Of a DNA stretch of 64,000 nucleotides, positions 1-9,738 are shown in pieces (within the stretch, counting starts at the first letter, position 1; each line of letters starts with the position of its first letter). The DNA comes from Aulosira sp. ZfuVER01 (GTDB taxonomy: Bacteria > Cyanobacteriota > Cyanobacteriia > Cyanobacteriales > Nostocaceae): positions 55,978-119,977 of the forward strand of contig JAVRCV020000083.1 of NCBI GenBank assembly GCA_034530615.2, given 5' to 3'. The notes beneath the pieces were generated by a model. That model was given only the letters and a program-made list of their open reading frames with translations. It did not search any database and had not been told where the DNA came from. A program made the translations under genes and the position numbers.

Positions 1-311
1 AAAAACATGAAGGGCCAGAAGATTGGTCTGCGGTTCTGCGGTGCTCTAAGCCAGAATTTATCATGGTTGAAGGACATCCCGTGCTTTTACCTGTAGACAA
101 GTCCCATCACGCCAATATTACAATTATCCGAGCGATTTTTAGTATTGATGGTAAGTCCTTAACTCTGTTTCTCAAGGACACAACTTTTGATGATGACCCT
201 TTTTTTTCAGGCTTTGTGGCAGTTTGCGATCGCGTGGTCGGTGAAGATTTCTTTGTAGCAATTTTATACCACGAATGGTTTGTAATTGAGCGATCGCCCG
301 TTTTAGAATAA
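1..311 (+). CDS. Hypothetical protein, 5'-truncated by the window edge
   Basis: Frame of ORF 63..311 stays open back to base 3 (KHEGPEDWSAVLRCSKPEFIMVEGHPV...); stop TAA at 309-311. Confidence 0.65.
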   Translation, partial: KHEGPEDWSAVLRCSKPEFIMVEGHPVLLPVDKSHHANITIIRAIFSIDGKSLTLFLKDTTFDDDPFFSGFVAVCDRVVGEDFFVAILYHEWFVIERSPVLE

Positions 312-364
312 ATCTTGAGTTCTCGCACTAGTTTACTGAGTGTCAGTTGTGCTTGGGGAAGATA

Positions 365-760
365 ATGAGCCAAGATTCCGAAAATACTTTAAAAGTTGCC
401 CAGCAGGGATTTGAATATTTTACGCATGGTTTAGCAACAGGCGAATGGCAAGAATTTCTAGATATGCTTACAGAAGATTTTACCTTTTGGTTTCCCATAG
501 GTAAATTTCAAGGTTGGAATGAAGGGAAAGAACGAGCTAAAGAGTTTTTTCAGTATGTTACTGTATGTTTTAATCCTGGTATAAAACTGACTTCCCTAGA
601 CCGAGTTACTAGTAACGAAACGACCGTTGTCTTTCAGTTTCGGGATGAAGGACTGTTACTAGGACAACCTTATCAAAATCGGGTAGCAGTTTCCTTTAAT
701 GTGCGTGGCGACAAAATTTGCGCCTATCGGGAATACTTTGGTAGCGATGGTAAACCTTAA
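365..760 (+). CDS. SnoaL-like/NTF2-fold (ketosteroid isomerase-related) protein
   Basis: ATG at 365 (MSQDSEN...); NTF2-type pattern FLDMLTEDFTFWFP...G...YQNRVAVSFNVRGDKICAYREYF. Confidence 0.8.
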   Translation: MSQDSENTLKVAQQGFEYFTHGLATGEWQEFLDMLTEDFTFWFPIGKFQGWNEGKERAKEFFQYVTVCFNPGIKLTSLDRVTSNETTVVFQFRDEGLLLGQPYQNRVAVSFNVRGDKICAYREYFGSDGKP

Positions 761-1221
761 TTATTCTCCAGATTTGGTTGATTAATTTCTTTGCTTTTAG
801 CCTCTGCGGCTTGATACGCATCTAAGTAATTTTGGCCACCCAACATCACATCACCATAATACTCATAAGGTGCGTCGCCATAGATTGGTAAGGGGTCATC
901 TTCGGGATAATCTTCTTTGGATTCTTCGATAATTGCTTTTAGTTGCTTGACAGTGAAGCTTTCTGCTGGATAGTAGTAAAGCTGCTGAGTATTCTTTTGC
1001 AGATGTGGTAGGTTGGGATCGACAATAGACTCGTCTAATTCAATCCAAGCGTGTTCAACAGGTCGGTATGGCTGACCAGGAAAAACTAAAAATCCCTGGA
1101 CATACTTTGCTTTCTCTGTCGCCAGTGCTGCTTTATAAGCATTATCAAAGGTTTTTTTGGCTTTGCTTTTGATGCGTTGAGAAATTTCAACCGAAAGCGC
1201 TTCATCCAATGGTTTATTCAT
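757..1221 (-). CDS. Conserved hypothetical protein
   Basis: Acidic ~154-aa ORF with HAWIE motif; ATG at 1221 preferred over TTG at 1230. Confidence 0.7.
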   Translation of the reverse strand: MNKPLDEALSVEISQRIKSKAKKTFDNAYKAALATEKAKYVQGFLVFPGQPYRPVEHAWIELDESIVDPNLPHLQKNTQQLYYYPAESFTVKQLKAIIEESKEDYPEDDPLPIYGDAPYEYYGDVMLGGQNYLDAYQAAEAKSKEINQPNLENN

Positions 1222-1556
1222 CGATGGCAATGAGTCAAGCAGCTACTCCAACATCCTACCACTCGTAGGGATTTGAGTTGCTACAGTTGCATAATTAAAC
1301 CCTTTGTTATCGACTAATTTCTCTGTTTTGCTTTCTCTGTAGCCACTTCAGGCTTAACGTTTCCGTGTTTCGTGTAGTCTGTAGCAACTTCCGTTAATTA
1401 TTTCATTAAGCATATTGCCCTCCTATAATTCTCTTCTGGAGGGGATTTTATTACTTAAATTACCTCTTGCGATCGCCTGAATATATTACTAACAACTTGG
1501 GTTACTATTTTGGGTTACGATATTTCATTACTTCACAAAATTGTCCTGCTCCCACC

Positions 1557-4500
1557 TCATTTTAAATTAGTATTATCAGCTTTGTAATCGTTGATAAATA
1601 AGCGTAGTTGTTTTTCCTGAAAATTTCTAGCCAATTCACCGACTCGTTCCGCAAAGGGAATATATTTTGCATCTAAATCTTTTAAACGTTCAACTTGTTG
1701 AGTGACAGCTTTTAGATTACCTCTCATTACCAAATCATATAAAATTACAATTTCTTCATCGGGTGGCGGCACTAAATCATAAGTATTATCTAATGGCACG
1801 GATTGATTTACCTTTTTATCAAGGTGAGATGACTGTTGATATACCCAAGATATCCCTAAATGTTTTTGTAGCAATCCAAATAATTCAGCAGCCTGTACGG
1901 GTTTGGGTAAAAAAGCATTTGCACCAACATCCAGACTTTTATGCTGGTCAGCTTCAAAGACACTGGCTGAAGAAACAATAATGACTAAATCTTTAAATTG
2001 AGATTGAGAGCGAAGAAGGCTTACTAACTCAAAACCGCTCATACCAGGCATGACTAAATCAGTGATAATAGCATGAAATTGGCAAGAATTAATTTGTGTT
2101 AAAGCTTCCTGAGCATTAGCAGCTTCTAAAACTTCAAAACCCAAGGGTGCTAACAAATTAACCAGCACAGCTCGATTTTTCCAACGATCGTCGATTACGA
2201 GAATTTTCAGTTTAACTCCCTGATAGCCAGCAATCGCTGATTGTGGCTCAATTAACGATTCCCATTCACTCGCAGACGACAAGTCTATCTCAAACCAAAA
2301 CTGGCTGCCACTATTTAATTGACTGTTAACTCGAATATTACCACCCATCATTTCGACAATTTTTAAGCTAATTGCCAATCCCAAACCCGTTCCTTCTGCC
2401 ATCTTCTCGGTATGGCCTACCTGTACAAAAGGCTGAAAAATTTTCTGCATTTGCTCTTCACCAATGCCAACTCCGGTATCTTCAATTTGAAAGCGGATAG
2501 TGTTGATCGTGTTCAATAGCTGAGGGCTGGGTTCTAAACTTACTGATTTTATGAGTTGAACGTTAAAAGTAACACCCCCGCGATCAGTAAATTTGACTGC
2601 ATTACCCAAGAGATTTATTAGCACTTGTCTTAAGCGTTTTTCGTCTGCTTGGACGTTAGTGGGCAAAGAAGGATCAAATTGGCAAGTAAAACTGATGGCT
2701 TTTTGTTTGGCTTTGAGGTGAAATATTTGGCTAACTTCCTCTAAAAATGCCCAAAAGTGAAATTGTTTGGCGTTAATTTCTATTTTCCTGGCTTCGATTT
2801 TAGAAAAATCGAGAATGTCGTTAATCAAAGTGAGCAAATGAGAACCACATTGATGAATTATTTCCACACTGCTCAAATCTGGAGAGCTTAGATTTTTTGA
2901 GCTTGTCAGGATTTGAGCGTAGCCTAGGATTCCGTTAAGGGGTGTGCGAAGTTCATGGCTCATATTTGCCAAAAATTCGCTTTTGGCTTTGTTAGCAGCA
3001 TCGGCAGCTTCCTTGGCTACTTGCAATTCTATTTCTGCTTGTTTGCGATCTGTAAGATCCGTGTGAGAACCGACCAAACGTAGGGGTTGGTTTTCTACAT
3101 CCCGCTCCACAACCCGACCTCGCGATAGTATCCACCTGTAGCGACCGTTTTTGTGTCGCATCCGAAATTCCCAACTGTAAGGTTCGTTACTTCCACTGTT
3201 TAAATACTCTTCTAAAGAGTCTAATACTGGGTGCAAATCATCAGGGTGAACTAGTGTTTCCCAAGAGCTAAATAGGTTGGGAATTTCGCTGTCTTGATAA
3301 CCCAGCATAGCTTTCCATTGGGGTGAAAAATAGATGGAGTTGGTTTTAATATGCCAATCCCAGATCCCCTCATTAACACTTTCTAGAGTTAATTGATATC
3401 TCAGTTCGCTTTCTTGGAGTATTTCTTGTATTTGTTGGCGATCTCGTATTTCTTGCTTTAAGGCTTGAGTTCTTTCTGATACTTTTTCTTCTAAGGAGCG
3501 TGAGTAATCTTCTAATTGTTCATAAGATTGCTTGAGTTGCTGACTCATGAGATTGAAAGAAGTAGCTAAGGCACTTACTTCTTTAATGGAAGAAGTGGTT
3601 GCTGTTTGCTCAAATTTACCATCAGCGATCGCCCTTGCAGCTACACCCAAACGCCCAATAGGTAGAGCTATCCGCTGAAAAATGAAAATTCCCGAAGCAG
3701 TTGCCAAAAATAGCGCTAAAAGACACAATAAAATCGTTATCTGTCTGCTCGCATTAATTTGTTCCATAAAATCATTTTCTGGAACGGCAATAATAATTAA
3801 CCAATCAATATCTTTACTGTCTTTAAAAGGCACAATTTGTACGAATTTTTTTTGCCCATTAAGTAAAAATTCTAATTGTTGAGAATTTTGAATAGAATTG
3901 AGATTTTTAAATCGCTCTATTAAATATTTGGCAGTAGCTTTGGTTAAAACATCTTTACTATCTGTGGCTAGAAATCTTTGCTTATTTCGGTATGGTTTTT
4001 CTGATGTGGAAGTAGCCACCAACATTCCATTTTGTTCAATAATAAAAGTCTGTCCAGTTTTGCCAATTTTTAAAGTTTGCAAAAACTTCCCAATCAGGGA
4101 TAACCGTAGGGTTGTTAACAAGACACCAAGAACTTTTCCATTTTTATCAAAAACAGGCTGGCTTGCCGTCATTAGAGGTGTAGGAATAAGCTCACCAAAA
4201 TAAATTTTACTCCAAGTTTGTTTGCCAGTTTTTATGCTCTGTTTGTAAGTTTTAAGTTTTCGCAGATCGAAATTTTCAACTACTTTAATTAATTTGAGTC
4301 TTTCTCCTTGACTACCAGCAAAATACATAGATATTTGATTCGGCTTGGTATTACTTGATGCTTGAATTACTAGCTTTCCTTGACCGTTACTATGAATAGC
4401 TATACCTTTACCTTTTTCATTGATCGCTACTATGCCATCTACAGTATTAAAACGATGTTTTTGTTGCCAAATATAACGCTCCCATGCTGTCAGGTCTTCC

Positions 4501-4763
4501 ATGCTCAATTGACCCAGACTTACTGCATCAGCATTAATTTGATTAACTAAATGAGGTGTAGCAAGATAGGTATGCAAATTTTGCTCAATTCTTATGGCGA
4601 TTTCGTCACGCAGTTGTGTTGCAACATTATTAACTGCTTTCTGTCCATTTTGTAAAGAAAAATATCCTGTTAATCCCACTGCTGCAAAGATTTGTAAAAC
4701 AAAAGGAAGAATTAAGGCATTACGTAACGGAATTTTCCGGGATATGGAAACATTTGTACACAT
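1557..4763 (-). CDS. Membrane hybrid sensor histidine kinase (Cache-like sensor, HAMP, PAS, HisKA, HATPase, REC)
   Basis: Two TM helices; PAS (GIWDWHI...HPDD...WILSRG); H-box FLANMSHELRTPLNG; N-box NLLGNAVKFT; G-boxes DTGVGI and GTGLGL; receiver ITDLVMPGMSG. Confidence 0.92.
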   Translation of the reverse strand: MCTNVSISRKIPLRNALILPFVLQIFAAVGLTGYFSLQNGQKAVNNVATQLRDEIAIRIEQNLHTYLATPHLVNQINADAVSLGQLSMEDLTAWERYIWQQKHRFNTVDGIVAINEKGKGIAIHSNGQGKLVIQASSNTKPNQISMYFAGSQGERLKLIKVVENFDLRKLKTYKQSIKTGKQTWSKIYFGELIPTPLMTASQPVFDKNGKVLGVLLTTLRLSLIGKFLQTLKIGKTGQTFIIEQNGMLVATSTSEKPYRNKQRFLATDSKDVLTKATAKYLIERFKNLNSIQNSQQLEFLLNGQKKFVQIVPFKDSKDIDWLIIIAVPENDFMEQINASRQITILLCLLALFLATASGIFIFQRIALPIGRLGVAARAIADGKFEQTATTSSIKEVSALATSFNLMSQQLKQSYEQLEDYSRSLEEKVSERTQALKQEIRDRQQIQEILQESELRYQLTLESVNEGIWDWHIKTNSIYFSPQWKAMLGYQDSEIPNLFSSWETLVHPDDLHPVLDSLEEYLNSGSNEPYSWEFRMRHKNGRYRWILSRGRVVERDVENQPLRLVGSHTDLTDRKQAEIELQVAKEAADAANKAKSEFLANMSHELRTPLNGILGYAQILTSSKNLSSPDLSSVEIIHQCGSHLLTLINDILDFSKIEARKIEINAKQFHFWAFLEEVSQIFHLKAKQKAISFTCQFDPSLPTNVQADEKRLRQVLINLLGNAVKFTDRGGVTFNVQLIKSVSLEPSPQLLNTINTIRFQIEDTGVGIGEEQMQKIFQPFVQVGHTEKMAEGTGLGLAISLKIVEMMGGNIRVNSQLNSGSQFWFEIDLSSASEWESLIEPQSAIAGYQGVKLKILVIDDRWKNRAVLVNLLAPLGFEVLEAANAQEALTQINSCQFHAIITDLVMPGMSGFELVSLLRSQSQFKDLVIIVSSASVFEADQHKSLDVGANAFLPKPVQAAELFGLLQKHLGISWVYQQSSHLDKKVNQSVPLDNTYDLVPPPDEEIVILYDLVMRGNLKAVTQQVERLKDLDAKYIPFAERVGELARNFQEKQLRLFINDYKADNTNLK

Positions 4764-5032
4764 AAATTTTTGGGAAAAATATATTTCTTTATAGCCTAAA
4801 ACAATAAACCATTGCTGATTATCCTCATGTCAACTATGATAGTCTTTGCAGTTATGTTAAAAATAAAATACTAAAGATAATAATACGTAGTTTTGGTTGG
4901 GTTCTACTGTATATCTTTGAGGAAGTTTTACAGAATTATATCTCTTTGCATAATGGATAGATAGTTGCTAAAAAGCGCAGATTAATTATTATTTTAGCTG
5001 TTTAAAATCATTATATTTTATGAACAAAAGCT

Positions 5033-7903
5033 TTGTACAACGCCTTACAAAAACTATTAAGTTTAAGCACTGTACTTTTAATTTTTATTTTCCCTTTTGG
5101 ACTAGTAGTTTATCAATTAATTGCGGAAATTGACAGTAAAATTGACTTTGCTAAAAAAGAAAAATTAGGATTAAGTTATAACTATCCTCTAAAAAATTTA
5201 TTGGTAAATATCATTCAGCACCGCACACAAGTTAATCAGTATCTAAATGGCGATCGGTCTTTAGCCCAGGCGATTGCTACTGAAACAGACAATATCGAAA
5301 CTGCTATCCAAAACTTAAATACAGTAGAACAGCAGTTATCACCTCAACTTCCAACCAGCCCACAATGGATAACAATCAAAACTTCTATTAATAACAAGTG
5401 GCAGCAATTAAAAGAGCATAAATTAAATTTATCTCCTACCCAAAGCTGGCAAGAACACACAGATATTATTAATGATATCTTAGCTTTAATTGCCCACGTT
5501 GGAGATGTTTCTAATCTGATTCTCGATCCAGCTTTGGATAGCTATTATTTGATGGATACAGTTGTTAATCAGCTGCCAACTACTATAGAAAATACTGCTC
5601 AAGCTAAAGATATAGGTACAGAAGTCGCTCTGAAAAAAAAGATTACAGAGAGTGAAAGAGCGAAACTTTTAATTTTTCAGAGTTTAATTGCTCCACCTTT
5701 ACAAGAAGTACAAAGAGGCTTAAAACTTTCTGCTAGTAGTAATCGGCAAATTCAGCCCCAGTTATCAACTAGCATTAACGAAAATTTTGGCAATATTAAA
5801 AAATTTATTGATTTATTAAACAAAGAAATTATTAATAGTAAGAGCATTAATTTACAACCCCAAGTATATAAATTTGTAGCCCAAAATGCTTTAGAATCGC
5901 AACTCAAACTTTATGATACAGCTTTTCCACTTTTAGATATTTTATTGCAGCAGAGAATTACCCAGCTAGTTATTAGAAAATATCAAATAATCGGATTTGG
6001 ACTGCTAGTTTTAGTAGTAATTATTTATGTTTCGATTACATTAGAAAATAACCGCAAAAAAGAACAGAAATTTGCTAAAGAATTGCAGGTTGCTGAAGAG
6101 AAATTTCGCAGCATTTTTGAAAATGCAATTAACGGTATTTTCCAAATTACACCAACAGATCAATATCTCAGTGCTAATCCAGCTTTGGCAGAAATTTATG
6201 GTTACAATTCTCCTGGTGAATTAATTGCAAATTTGCACAATATTAAGCAACTTTATGTAAATCCTAGCCGCCGAGAAGAATTTGTCAAAATTATAAGCGA
6301 TCGCGGCAGCGTCACCGATTTTGAATCTCAAGTTTATCGCCAGGACGGTAGTATTATCTGGATTTCAGAAAATGCCCGCGCTATTTCCAATGAAAATGGC
6401 AATATTCTTTACTACGAAGGCACAGTATCCGATATTACTGAATACAAACGTGCCGAACAAGAAATTTATGCTGCCAAAGAAGCCGCAGAAAATGCAAACC
6501 GTGCTAAAAGCGAGTTTCTGGCTAACATGAGTCACGAACTGCGAACTCCTCTTAACGGTATCTTAGGCTATGCTCAAATCCTTAAGCGTTCCCCAGAATT
6601 AGGAGAACACCAACAAAATAGCATCAATATTATCTACCAGTGCGGTTCCCACCTCCTAACATTAATTAACGATATTCTTGACATATCTAAAATAGAAGCG
6701 CAGAAAATGGAACTATACCCTATAGATTTTCATTTACCTGCTTTTCTGCACGCAGTTGCAGAAATTTGCCGCATTCGTGCCGAACAAAAAAGTCTTAAAT
6801 TTAGCTACCAACCAGATCCAGATTTACCCCTTGGCATTAATACTGACGAAAAACGCCTACGACAAGTATTAATTAATCTCCTGGGCAATGCCATTAAATT
6901 TACAAAAATCGGAGAAGTAAACTTTAGCGTTACTTTAATTGAAAAAACAGTTAATCTTGACCATCAAATTATCTATAAAATTCGTTTCACCGTTAAAGAT
7001 ACAGGAGTTGGTATTCAGCCAGAAGAAATAGCCAGAATATTTTTACCTTTTGAACAGGTTGGTTCTCGTAAAAATCAAGCAGAAGGAACTGGCTTAGGAT
7101 TAGCAATTAGTCAAAAAATTATTCAATTAATGGGCAGTACAATTCAAGTCACTAGTCAATTACAAATGGGCAGTGTTTTTTGGTTTGATTTAGATTTACT
7201 AGAAGCTATTGACTGGGTAAATACAACTTCTACAAATGACAAAGGTAAAGTCATTGGATTTGAAGGAAATGTCAAAAAAATTCTCGTGATTGATGACCGT
7301 TGGGAAAATCGCTCAGTTATTGCAAATTTATTGACTCCTCTAGGATTTGAAGTAATAGAAGCAATTAACGGTAAGACTGGATTAGAAATAGCAATTCAGA
7401 CCAAACCAGATTTAGTAATTACAGATTTAGTTATGCCCGAAATTGATGGATTTCAACTTATGCAATACTGGCATAAAAACCCACAATTAAAAGATATAAA
7501 AATTATTGCTTCTTCCGCCAGTGTATTTGAAACAGACCAAAGTCAAAGTTTACAAGCTGGAGCAGTAGATTTTTTAGCAAAACCCGTCCAAGCGGAAGAA
7601 CTGTTAGAAAAGTTAGCATTGCATCTACAAATTGAGTGGATTTATCAACCTGAATCATTTACAGCGTTAGACATCAAACTTGCTCCTGAAGAAATTGTCC
7701 CTCCCCCAGATGAAATATTAGAACAACTGTTGGATCTAGCATTACGAGGTAATTTAAAAGAAATTATCAAACAAGCAGAAGAATTGGAAAAAAATGCCCA
7801 AAAATATTTGCCATTTGCCTTAAAATTAAAGCAGTTAGCTAAGGAATTTCAAGAGAAGAAAATCTTAGAAATGCTTAATAAATACAAGCAAATAAGTTTA
7901 TGA
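5033..7903 (+). CDS. Membrane hybrid sensor histidine kinase (helical extracytoplasmic sensor, PAS, HisKA, HATPase, REC)
   Basis: TM helices flank a helical domain (SNLILDPALDSYYLMD); PAS (FRSIFENA...WISENAR); H-box MSHELRTPLNG; GTGLGL; receiver ITDLVMP; start uncertain. Confidence 0.9.
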   Translation: MYNALQKLLSLSTVLLIFIFPFGLVVYQLIAEIDSKIDFAKKEKLGLSYNYPLKNLLVNIIQHRTQVNQYLNGDRSLAQAIATETDNIETAIQNLNTVEQQLSPQLPTSPQWITIKTSINNKWQQLKEHKLNLSPTQSWQEHTDIINDILALIAHVGDVSNLILDPALDSYYLMDTVVNQLPTTIENTAQAKDIGTEVALKKKITESERAKLLIFQSLIAPPLQEVQRGLKLSASSNRQIQPQLSTSINENFGNIKKFIDLLNKEIINSKSINLQPQVYKFVAQNALESQLKLYDTAFPLLDILLQQRITQLVIRKYQIIGFGLLVLVVIIYVSITLENNRKKEQKFAKELQVAEEKFRSIFENAINGIFQITPTDQYLSANPALAEIYGYNSPGELIANLHNIKQLYVNPSRREEFVKIISDRGSVTDFESQVYRQDGSIIWISENARAISNENGNILYYEGTVSDITEYKRAEQEIYAAKEAAENANRAKSEFLANMSHELRTPLNGILGYAQILKRSPELGEHQQNSINIIYQCGSHLLTLINDILDISKIEAQKMELYPIDFHLPAFLHAVAEICRIRAEQKSLKFSYQPDPDLPLGINTDEKRLRQVLINLLGNAIKFTKIGEVNFSVTLIEKTVNLDHQIIYKIRFTVKDTGVGIQPEEIARIFLPFEQVGSRKNQAEGTGLGLAISQKIIQLMGSTIQVTSQLQMGSVFWFDLDLLEAIDWVNTTSTNDKGKVIGFEGNVKKILVIDDRWENRSVIANLLTPLGFEVIEAINGKTGLEIAIQTKPDLVITDLVMPEIDGFQLMQYWHKNPQLKDIKIIASSASVFETDQSQSLQAGAVDFLAKPVQAEELLEKLALHLQIEWIYQPESFTALDIKLAPEEIVPPPDEILEQLLDLALRGNLKEIIKQAEELEKNAQKYLPFALKLKQLAKEFQEKKILEMLNKYKQISL

Positions 7904-9732
7904 CAAATTTAATTACTTACTCAAATACGATTTTAGTCGTGGATGATATCCCTGCTAATTTAGCAATATTAGCAAGTTTTCTCAGTGAAGCTAATTTTGA
8001 AGTTTTGGTAGCTCAAGATGGAGAAAATGCTATCCAGAAAATAAATTATGTTACTCCTGACTTAATTTTATTAGATATCATGATGCCGGGAATGGATGGA
8101 TTTGAAACTTATGAAAAATTAAAAGAAAATTTTTTATTTAGGCAAATACCAGTAATTTTTATTACTGCACTTTCAGAAACTAATTATATTGTTAAAGGCC
8201 TATCATTAGGAGCGGTTGATTATATTACTAAACCTTTTCAAAAAGAAGAAGTTATAGCACGAATTAAAACTCATTTAAAACTGCGACATTTAACTAAAAT
8301 TCTCGAACATAAAAATCAGCTTTTAGCGCAGGAAATTACCGAACACTCAGAAGCTCGTGCTACCTTAATAAAGCTAAATCAAGAATTAGAAATCAGAGTC
8401 AAAGAACGAACAGTAGAACTTTCTCAAACGCTGCAAGATTTGTATAAAAGTCAAGCTCAATTGGAGCATAATGCCTTTCATGACTCCTTAACAGGTTTGC
8501 CAAATCGAGACTGGTTGATTAAAAAATTGCAGGAATTAATTACTGCGAATTTAAGTTATTCTGTTTTGTTGATGGATTTAGACCGCTTTAAAATTGTCAA
8601 TGATAGTTTAGGACATTTAGCAGGAGATGAATTATTAAAGTGTGTAACAAATCGTATCAAACAATGTTTAACATCTTCTCAAACAGCAACACGCATGGGA
8701 GGGGATGAATTTGTAATTTTAGTAGAAACAGAAACAGCAATTTTAGTTGCTAAAAAACTATTAGAAGAGTTTAAATTGCCCTTTAATTTTAAGGGGTACG
8801 AATTGTCTATAGAAGCGAGTATTGGCATAACTTATAGCGAAATGGGTTATCGAGAACCGATGGATATTATTAGAGATGTCGATATTGCCATGTATCAAGC
8901 AAAAAAACAAGGAGGTAGCATTTATCAGATTTTCAATCCGCAGATGCAAGCAGAGGTGAACGCACGTCTGCAACTAGAACAAGACTTGCGAAAAGCGATC
9001 TTAAAAAAAGAATTTTGCTTGTATTATCAACCCATTATTTCTCTCATCACTGGAGAAATTAAAGGGTTTGAAGCCTTAGTACGCTGGAATCATCCCCAAG
9101 GAATGATTTCCCCCGATCGATTTATCCCTATTGCTGAAGAAACAGGATTAATTAATCCTTTAGGTTGGTGGATTTTACGCGAAGCTTGTAGCCAGTTACG
9201 AAATTGGCAAGAGCAATTTTCTGAGCTTCATTTAAAAATGAACGTTAACTTTTCTCCCGTTCAATTCCAGCAAGTGAACTTATTTGAAAAGATTGTAGAA
9301 ATTTTACAAGAAACTGGTATCGCTAAAAATACTTTAGATATAGAAATCATTGAAACTTGTCTATTAAAAACCGAAACCTTCAATTTTCAACTTCTTGAAC
9401 AAATCGGTATTGGTTTATGTATGGATGACTTTGGCACTGGTTATTCTTCTTTAAGTATGCTGCGAAAATTCACAATTAATACCTTAAAAATTGACCGTTC
9501 TTTTGTAAGAGATATAACAACAAATAGTAACGATACATCTTTAATTGCCACAATTATGTTATTAAGCAAAAGTTTAAATATAGAAGTAGTTGCAGAAGGT
9601 ATTGAAACTCAAGAACAGCTAGAAATTCTTCGAGAACATGGTTGTATTTGGGGACAAGGATATTTCTTTGCCCGACCTTTAGATAGTCAAAAAGCTACAC
9701 AATTTTTAATGCAAAAATTAGGAGGAAATTAA
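7900..9732 (+). CDS. Response regulator diguanylate cyclase/phosphodiesterase (REC-GGDEF-EAL)
   Basis: Receiver LLDIMMPGMDG; DLDRFKIVNDSLGH and RMGGDEF; EALVRW, DDFGTGYSS, KIDRSF, AEGIE; ATGA overlap with the upstream kinase. Confidence 0.93.
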   Translation: MTNLITYSNTILVVDDIPANLAILASFLSEANFEVLVAQDGENAIQKINYVTPDLILLDIMMPGMDGFETYEKLKENFLFRQIPVIFITALSETNYIVKGLSLGAVDYITKPFQKEEVIARIKTHLKLRHLTKILEHKNQLLAQEITEHSEARATLIKLNQELEIRVKERTVELSQTLQDLYKSQAQLEHNAFHDSLTGLPNRDWLIKKLQELITANLSYSVLLMDLDRFKIVNDSLGHLAGDELLKCVTNRIKQCLTSSQTATRMGGDEFVILVETETAILVAKKLLEEFKLPFNFKGYELSIEASIGITYSEMGYREPMDIIRDVDIAMYQAKKQGGSIYQIFNPQMQAEVNARLQLEQDLRKAILKKEFCLYYQPIISLITGEIKGFEALVRWNHPQGMISPDRFIPIAEETGLINPLGWWILREACSQLRNWQEQFSELHLKMNVNFSPVQFQQVNLFEKIVEILQETGIAKNTLDIEIIETCLLKTETFNFQLLEQIGIGLCMDDFGTGYSSLSMLRKFTINTLKIDRSFVRDITTNSNDTSLIATIMLLSKSLNIEVVAEGIETQEQLEILREHGCIWGQGYFFARPLDSQKATQFLMQKLGGN

Positions 9733-9738
9733 ACATTC

